Shown one piece after another: positions 57,599-64,000 of a stretch of DNA of 64,000 nucleotides (positions are counted from its first letter, which is position 1; each line of letters starts with the position of its first letter). The stretch spans positions 64,001-128,000 of the forward strand of contig WJMJ01000131.1 in the NCBI GenBank assembly GCA_014728035.1, given 5' to 3'. The notes under the pieces are model-generated. The model did not search any database and was not told the DNA's origin. It saw only the letters and a program-made list of their open reading frames with translations. The stretch comes from Promethearchaeota archaeon. GTDB lineage: Archaea; Asgardarchaeota; Thorarchaeia; Thorarchaeales; Thorarchaeaceae. A program made the position numbers and the translations under genes.

Positions 57599-58258
57599 CT
57601 AGGAATATTTGGTAGCTAATGCACGAATGTAATCAGCAGTTGCTTCTGTGCGTTCCGCAACCAGTAATATTCTATGAGACATTCCATGAAACAGAAGTAG
57701 ATTAGGAGCTTCGTGGTTTTGTTCAGTAAGAAGTGCTCCCAACAGATCGAATTGTATGTCCCGTGCCTCTTCTCTTACATCTTCAACTTTATGACAGAAC
57801 TCAACCGATTTAGAGAAATTGGTGAAAAGGAACTTGACTGCGTCTTGAAGTAAATCAGTACAATTCCAACATTTCTCAGCAATTTTGACAATTGCTTCAG
57901 GAGGTTTAGACTTTCGACCAATCGCCATCATTCTTACAGCTTCTTCAGCAGCATCGACAATATCATCCATCATCTCGACAAGTTTGTGGCGTTCTTGGGT
58001 CTGTTGAGGGAGATAGGCATGTTTGGGAAAGATGGATTCGACTAGCTCGTCCTTCAGTTCGTCCGCATGTCTTTCTATTGTGATTATCTCTTCTTCTCGA
58101 GCTAATAGAGTTTCTAGATCTCCATCGAACCAAGCCTGTGCACTCTGGTGTAATTTGGCACTAGCAGCTTGAAGGGCTTTGCTAATTTTTAGCATTAATT
58201 CATCTGCTTGTCTTCTTAATTCCTTATCGCCGCCACGGAATATTTTGGAAAACGCCAT
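57599..58258 (-). CDS. DUF47/PhoU-like phosphate transport regulator
   Basis: IERHADELK, MDDIVD, EEARD; upstream of pit. Confidence 0.88.
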   Translation of the reverse strand: MAFSKIFRGGDKELRRQADELMLKISKALQAASAKLHQSAQAWFDGDLETLLAREEEIITIERHADELKDELVESIFPKHAYLPQQTQERHKLVEMMDDIVDAAEEAVRMMAIGRKSKPPEAIVKIAEKCWNCTDLLQDAVKFLFTNFSKSVEFCHKVEDVREEARDIQFDLLGALLTEQNHEAPNLLLFHGMSHRILLVAERTEATADYIRALATKYS

Positions 58259-58320
58259 GATAACCACAATGTAACACGATTATTGGTATCCTCACTTATA
58301 ATCTTCATCCAAGCATAGTT

Positions 58321-59319
58321 CTATAGTTCAACTGCACCAATAGAATCCATATCACCAACGACTTCAAGTCCAGCATTTGTTCCTGTGCCTTCAAATAGCA
58401 GCTTGCGGCTGGTTTTTGTGAGCTCATAAAATCGAATACTAATCTTAGAAGTAAGACTCTCAATAATTCGTCCGGACATCGAGCCTTGGACTGGAGACCT
58501 AAGTGTTGCACCATCAGCACGTGAGGCATCAACCATAATAGCATATTTTTTATCACGTACTTGAAATCTAACGTTTTTTTCTGATACACGAATTTGAGAT
58601 ATCCGAGCCCCAGTGTAAGTTGTGAATCGGTATATTGTATTATCATAGAGAAGTCCAATTAGAAATCCAGGAAATTGAGAGCCAAACCAAGGAATCGTAG
58701 CAATTGATGATGAAAATGAAACTCTAGGTTCTTGAAAATGATTAGATTGCATCCAGATCCAAGAGCTAGGGAAACCTTGACCCCAGTCCTTCTCTAAATA
58801 TCCACGACCATCAGTGAAATCAATCTTGCTTCCATTGATCGTCAGAACTCCTTCTATGGAATGATCGAAGCTAAGTATACCATGAAGGCATTGTAATCCA
58901 GGAACAAAACGAAATATTCCCATAGCCCCTGGAGAAAATGTTGTTACAGGCCAAGGAATAATGTTTTTGAAAATCAGGCTCCCTTCAACATGTTGGTCAT
59001 CATTTCTGATTGCTAGTTTGATTCCATTTAGTGAAAATCTGCTATTCTCAACTTGGATGTCAAAAGAATGCTTAGCACTTGAGAAAGAATCTAGTGGGTA
59101 GCGATGGTAAGTAGCAGAGGCATCATTTCCAGTCAACACCTGGATAAAAGAATGTCGTGAGCCATCAAGCCCTCCAAAACTCACACCAGGAATAATGGCA
59201 TACGAGTGCTTCCGGGATTTATCAACTATTTTGAAATACCATCCCTCAAAGTAACCATTCATTTCCTTTTTCCCCTGATACATCTCAGGTTTCCAATAGG
59301 TACGCAAAGCATGAAACAT
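58321..59319 (-). CDS. Tocopherol cyclase family protein
   Basis: YFEGWYFK, C.HG..S, GYLEKDWG..FPSSWIWMQSN. Confidence 0.88.
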   Translation of the reverse strand: MFHALRTYWKPEMYQGKKEMNGYFEGWYFKIVDKSRKHSYAIIPGVSFGGLDGSRHSFIQVLTGNDASATYHRYPLDSFSSAKHSFDIQVENSRFSLNGIKLAIRNDDQHVEGSLIFKNIIPWPVTTFSPGAMGIFRFVPGLQCLHGILSFDHSIEGVLTINGSKIDFTDGRGYLEKDWGQGFPSSWIWMQSNHFQEPRVSFSSSIATIPWFGSQFPGFLIGLLYDNTIYRFTTYTGARISQIRVSEKNVRFQVRDKKYAIMVDASRADGATLRSPVQGSMSGRIIESLTSKISIRFYELTKTSRKLLFEGTGTNAGLEVVGDMDSIGAVEL

Positions 59320-59427
59320 TTAACCACCAGTTAGTCAATAAATAAGGACTAGATGCATATCTATCATTAGGTCATGCCGAATTCTTCATAGGTAACCTCA
59401 CAGAATCCTATACGAAGAGGTATTAAC

Positions 59428-60243
59428 TTGAAAACAGGTCTGAAAGGTAAGCATGCTGTAATCACGGGTGCAGCAAGTGGAATAGGTTTTGAAACTACCA
59501 AAAGACTCCTTGCAGAGGGGGTCAATATCACAGGAACATACCATAGTTCCAAGAAAGGATTAGAAGAGTTAATCGAACATTGGCAGGATCATCTTCAAAT
59601 AATCCAAGCTGACGTCAGAGATGAAGCAAGTGTACAAAATCTGTTTCGCCTAGCAAACAAAGCATTTGGAAGAGTTGATATTTCCATCGCAAATGCAGGT
59701 ATTGCCAATCACGAAGGAGTAGCAATTCAAGATATGACTCTTGAGCAATGGGATAGAATAATTTCTGTAAATCTGACTGGCGTGTTTCTTACTGCAAAGT
59801 ACTTCTTCAAAAACCTAGAAACATATCCTGAGGAACAAGCATCGCTTATACTTATCGGATCAACTGCTGGTATCTTTGGTGAAGCTTGGTATTGTGATTA
59901 CGCATCAACAAAAGCAGGTCTCAAAGGTCTCATGCTAAGTCTGAAGAACGAGATAGTCCATCTTGCAAGAAAAGGGAGAGTGAATATTGTGAACCCAGGT
60001 TGGACTGTCACACCAATGGCAGAAGAAGCTCTAACCGAAGAAGAAAGTGTAACCCGAATCCTTCAGACCCTCCCTATGAGGAAAGTTGCATTACCAAAAG
60101 ATATAGCGAACGCAATTCTGTACTTGGCTTCAGATGAATTAGCAGGTCATGTGAGTGGACAGTCCATAACAGTAGCAGGAGGTATGGAAGGTCGTCTACT
60201 ATTTGTCCCGTCAGACATAGATCCATCACGCGCAAGAGGTTAG
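59428..60243 (+). CDS. Short-chain dehydrogenase/reductase
   Basis: TGAASGIG, NAGI, YASTK. Confidence 0.93.
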   Translation: MKTGLKGKHAVITGAASGIGFETTKRLLAEGVNITGTYHSSKKGLEELIEHWQDHLQIIQADVRDEASVQNLFRLANKAFGRVDISIANAGIANHEGVAIQDMTLEQWDRIISVNLTGVFLTAKYFFKNLETYPEEQASLILIGSTAGIFGEAWYCDYASTKAGLKGLMLSLKNEIVHLARKGRVNIVNPGWTVTPMAEEALTEEESVTRILQTLPMRKVALPKDIANAILYLASDELAGHVSGQSITVAGGMEGRLLFVPSDIDPSRARG

Positions 60244-60247
60244 ATTC

Positions 60248-61003
60248 TTGAGTTTTGATGAAATTGCTATAGCATATGACAATGCAATAAACTGGGAGAG
60301 CAGACTAGATAGAGAGATTCCATTCATCATCAAATCACTCAAAGATGAAGAGGCGGCAAAAATCCTAGACATAGCATGCGGATCTGGGCGTCATGCAATA
60401 GAACTTGCATCCAGAGGTGCATATGTGATTGCATTTGACAACAGCAGCTCTATGATACAACAAGCAAAGAATTTTGCAGACTCGGCAAACTCAAGTCCAC
60501 GTTTTCTCATTTTGGAGATGCTTGAGATGGAAAAGGAGGTCTCTGAATCCTTCGACCTAGCTTTGTGTCTAGGAAATTCTTTAGCTCTACTAAATGATTG
60601 GAATGAAGTAGAACATGTAATTCGAACGGTTCGAAACCTGCTAAACCAAGAGGGAAAATTCATATTTCAAACTCTCAACTTCACAGAGATAATTAAAAAC
60701 GATTTTCGACTCTTTCCACTGAAAAGAGGATATACACCTAGTGGAAAAGAAATTGTTTTTGGCAGATTCTTTGACCACGATACAAATAGCCAACAGACTC
60801 ATCTGATTATGTCATCTTTTGTTAAAACTGGTAAAGAGTGGACAGTAACTTCCTCCAAACAAAAGATTCTAAGAATACAGAAGGAGAATATCGAAGAAAT
60901 ATTACTAAGAGCAGGATTCAATCAAGTAGAATTCTACTCTGATTATAACAAATCCTCTTTTGTACCTACAACTAGTCGAAGTATGATTGTACGAGCTCAA
61001 TAA
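60248..61003 (+). CDS. Class I SAM-dependent methyltransferase
   Basis: LDIACGSG, FDLALCLGNSL. Confidence 0.9.
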   Translation: MSFDEIAIAYDNAINWESRLDREIPFIIKSLKDEEAAKILDIACGSGRHAIELASRGAYVIAFDNSSSMIQQAKNFADSANSSPRFLILEMLEMEKEVSESFDLALCLGNSLALLNDWNEVEHVIRTVRNLLNQEGKFIFQTLNFTEIIKNDFRLFPLKRGYTPSGKEIVFGRFFDHDTNSQQTHLIMSSFVKTGKEWTVTSSKQKILRIQKENIEEILLRAGFNQVEFYSDYNKSSFVPTTSRSMIVRAQ

Positions 61004-61010
61004 TTGGTAT

Positions 61011-61943
61011 TCAATCATTATTTGATTGAGTCTTGACAACAATAGCGATAATAATTGTAACCCCAACACCAACAGCTAGAATTCGAGTAGAATCAAATAA
61101 TGAAGGAGGTGAAGTAGGAGTGGGACTGGTCGGAGTAGTTGTAATGGAAGATATTTCAATCAATCCAATTGTCGGATCGTATGTGAGAGTTTCATTGAAA
61201 TAGGGGAAACAGAAGTAGATTTGTTCACCATTGTTTTGTGGATTCGCACCATTTACACTCGCAGTTACTCCGACTGTCTGAGAGCTGACCTCAGCAGTAG
61301 AGGGGTAAGATAGATATCCATTATCAAAGGAAACATTTCCTGCACCAGTAGCAACTGTGGGTCTATTCAACTGGCCGCTAGAATGCTGACCAATACTAAT
61401 CACTATTCCAACTGCAAGACTATTGTTGGTATTATGCCAATTCCATCCAGAGAGAATTACATCAAATTTCAAAGATGCATTTTTTGAGACTTCAATGTGA
61501 TTTACCAATACTATCTGAAGACTGGGTTGTTGCGGCCCGAAACTTCCCGGAGAACTGGCAAGTTCAAAGTCTAATTGAACCACCTCACCAGATTCTTCTT
61601 GAGTTACAAAGTTACTAAAAGTCCAAGTTCCAGACTGGAGTGCTATAACCGAACCAACAACTACATCACTGTCATGGGTATAACCACCATCGCTATTGGT
61701 ATCGGTATATTCAAACATTCTTACGAAGAGAACATGATAATCAGTCGTGTTCTCAACTATATCATAGAATCTATAATGTGGTGATTGGGAACCCATAAGA
61801 AAAAGACCAAACGATCCATTGCGTACATCAAGTCCAGTTGCATCTAATGTATAATCAATACCAAATGGAGAAGCAGCTGCCCAAGAGAGAGAAACCAGTA
61901 AGGTCAATACCGCAATAGTACACACTGATATAGGTCTGGACAT
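61011..61943 (-). CDS. Secreted surface protein with C-terminal TM anchor (paralog of 1836-3131)
   Basis: FEYTDTNSDG, LKFDVILSGWNW, FPYF...YDPTIG, Thr/Pro linker, TM. Confidence 0.78.
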   Translation of the reverse strand: MSRPISVCTIAVLTLLVSLSWAAASPFGIDYTLDATGLDVRNGSFGLFLMGSQSPHYRFYDIVENTTDYHVLFVRMFEYTDTNSDGGYTHDSDVVVGSVIALQSGTWTFSNFVTQEESGEVVQLDFELASSPGSFGPQQPSLQIVLVNHIEVSKNASLKFDVILSGWNWHNTNNSLAVGIVISIGQHSSGQLNRPTVATGAGNVSFDNGYLSYPSTAEVSSQTVGVTASVNGANPQNNGEQIYFCFPYFNETLTYDPTIGLIEISSITTTPTSPTPTSPPSLFDSTRILAVGVGVTIIIAIVVKTQSNND

Positions 61944-62008
61944 AGCTATACACAATTCAATATTGCACAAATGCATATAATAAGACTGCTTCCTGCGTTC
62001 ATTAGGAG

Positions 62009-62857
62009 TTGAATTCACTGGATCAAGATACCATAATGGACAAGATGTTCAATGCGCTTGCTCATAAAATCAGACGGAAAATAATCGTCATGGTTGGTAA
62101 TCAGGGCTCCGTCACCTATACGGATCTTACGAAACTAGGTCTTGAACCAGGCACTCTCTATCACCATCTTGATATCCTTGTAAAATCCGAAGCTGCTATT
62201 CTCATACAGGGAAAGAACAAGCAATACTCTCTTACTGATCTAGGAGAAGCAGCTCTTAGTGTTATTTCACAGGGAGAAGACCAAACATCTTGGACCATAA
62301 GAGAACATAATACTTCTGGAACAATTCCTAAAAAGATAGCAGATTATGTTGGGATGAAGCCTTTGACCATTCGGATACAAAGAGACCCTTGGAGATTTGT
62401 TATTGAGGTGATTCTCTTCCTAAGTGTATATGGGTATCTTGCATCTGAAGTGGCACTTCTGCCTTTTCTATTGTTCTTTCTTGAGGGGACTTTTATTTCA
62501 GGGATAACAATCATAGCAGCACTAGCTTCATGGATAATCACATATCTGCTTGTAGAAATTCTTTCGATGATAATCCTGAAGAAACGAGAGCCATCTCGCG
62601 GGTTATTTATGGCAATACCACTTGCATTTGTTCCTCATTTCTTGATAGAACTGTTATGGTACATTGCACCTGCAAGCGCACCATTCACAGGTTGGCCTCT
62701 CACAATTGTTCTAACAGGAATAATTTCATGGAGTACGTATATACTCACAGTGGCAGTAGCGAGAGCAAAAAAGGTGAGACTATCACGAGCAGCAATGATT
62801 ACACTAATTATTACAAACCTTAACCTGTTTCTTTTGGCACTAATTACGGGATTCTAA
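62009..62857 (+). CDS. ArsR-type wHTH regulator fused to a multi-TM domain
   Basis: FNALAHKIRRKII...YTDL...GTLYHHL...YSLTDLG then about 5 TM helices. Confidence 0.82.
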   Translation: MNSLDQDTIMDKMFNALAHKIRRKIIVMVGNQGSVTYTDLTKLGLEPGTLYHHLDILVKSEAAILIQGKNKQYSLTDLGEAALSVISQGEDQTSWTIREHNTSGTIPKKIADYVGMKPLTIRIQRDPWRFVIEVILFLSVYGYLASEVALLPFLLFFLEGTFISGITIIAALASWIITYLLVEILSMIILKKREPSRGLFMAIPLAFVPHFLIELLWYIAPASAPFTGWPLTIVLTGIISWSTYILTVAVARAKKVRLSRAAMITLIITNLNLFLLALITGF

Positions 62858-63006
62858 CAATCAAAGTAGTAAATAGTCAAAGTGGTACTACATCTGAAGA
62901 ATGATGCGGTCGCTAAGAGAAATCGAAGTCAGTTCGGTAAATCCCGAAGTGGTATTTCCACAAACGCGGAATAGAACTATTATATATCCATTTGAGTAAA
63001 CCATTC

Positions 63007-63969
63007 ATGGTGTACAACCTTATGAAAGATAAGAAAATATTAATCGCCTTTGTAGCATTCGTGCTTCTGGCAACTGTTCCATTTGTTGCAGCTCAACAGA
63101 ATGGACCAGATTATGGTCATAGTAATGGTGTGGCTTCGGTGACCACAGATAACATTGGTCTCAAAGTCACAGCTACTAATCAAGTTCCACATTTCCACTT
63201 CTGGGATGCAAATGATAGCACACCAGGAGCTGATTATCATGTCATGTTTAGCAAGTTTTTCGAAGCTAATGATACTGATGATGACGGTACATACACACCA
63301 GGAACTGATCAGCGAGTATACGACCCCTTGACACTTCCATCTCTTGGTTGGGAATTTAGCGGATTCGAAACAGAAGGCAATCCAACTGAGAAGATCCACT
63401 TCAACTTCACATCAACAGAAACATTTACACCACAAGGACCCCCAACTCTTGCGGATACTGGACCCCCAACAAGCATGGACATAACCATTAAGATTCTCGT
63501 ACACATTGATTTGGCAAACGATAACGAAATGAAATTCGATATCATGCTCGATGGCTGGGATTGGACATACGACGATTCAATTCTTGTATTCCAATTTACA
63601 ATTTCTGAGAGCCAACATGGAGAAGAAAATGGTACAGCAGAACCAACTAATTTCCAGGGACAGAACGGAAACTTCACGTTTGGTAACGCATACATGGAAA
63701 CTGCTCAAACTGCCACTGCAGGAAATGAAACTGCTCCTCAGACAATTCAGGTCAGAGCTAGTCATGGAAGTTCAGAAGCTGGTGAAACCGGTGAATCCGT
63801 ATATATTGCCTTTGAGAACTTTGGAAACGAATCGTTATACTACGATCCCACTCTAGGTATTGAATCGGACGGATTTACTGGAATCATAGACTACAATACA
63901 CTCCTAATCATTGCTGGCGGTGCAACTGTTATTGTATTGATAGCAATCGTGCTCAAGATGAGAAAGTAA
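63007..63969 (+). CDS. Secreted surface protein with C-terminal TM anchor (paralog of 1836-3131 and 61011-61943)
   Basis: FEANDTDDDG, MKFDIMLDGWDW, FENF...YDPTLG, TM then KMRK. Confidence 0.8.
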   Translation: MVYNLMKDKKILIAFVAFVLLATVPFVAAQQNGPDYGHSNGVASVTTDNIGLKVTATNQVPHFHFWDANDSTPGADYHVMFSKFFEANDTDDDGTYTPGTDQRVYDPLTLPSLGWEFSGFETEGNPTEKIHFNFTSTETFTPQGPPTLADTGPPTSMDITIKILVHIDLANDNEMKFDIMLDGWDWTYDDSILVFQFTISESQHGEENGTAEPTNFQGQNGNFTFGNAYMETAQTATAGNETAPQTIQVRASHGSSEAGETGESVYIAFENFGNESLYYDPTLGIESDGFTGIIDYNTLLIIAGGATVIVLIAIVLKMRK

Positions 63970-64000
63970 TTTTCTTGAACAACAGATAGATAATGTTATG

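Noticed and set aside
58321-59319. Tocopherol biosynthesis pathway
   Set aside because: Only the cyclase-family gene is present; the family is widespread in non-phototrophs and no partner genes are seen here.

Overview
Gene-dense, roughly 40% GC archaeal chromosome segment, most consistent with an Asgard archaeon (Thorarchaeia-like; inferred from gene content, not proven). It carries core anaerobic metabolism: a window-truncated tandem HdrA, two head-to-head hdrCB pairs, a four-subunit 2-oxoacid:ferredoxin oxidoreductase, a group 4 membrane [NiFe]-hydrogenase module, 2-hydroxyacyl-CoA dehydratase with activator, acyl-CoA ligase and dehydrogenase. It also holds a methyl-cycle cluster, alaS, transporters and many secreted or membrane proteins. 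No rRNA, tRNA, CRISPR array or transposase was recognised. The standout observation is in the S-adenosylhomocysteine hydrolase gene (ahcY), which is split by a 31-nt insertion (29777-29807) folding into a bulge-helix-bulge (BHB) motif. Cutting it by the archaeal tRNA-splicing-endonuclease rule removes exactly those 31 nt, deletes the premature TAG and restores the conserved GHPSEVMDLSF motif. This makes it a candidate pre-mRNA intron in a metabolic gene. Other leads are a three-member surface-protein family paired with membrane-tethered transcription factors, two orphan structured-RNA candidates, an unannotated 55-aa Cys/His protein and a wHTH-TPR-nuclease fusion.
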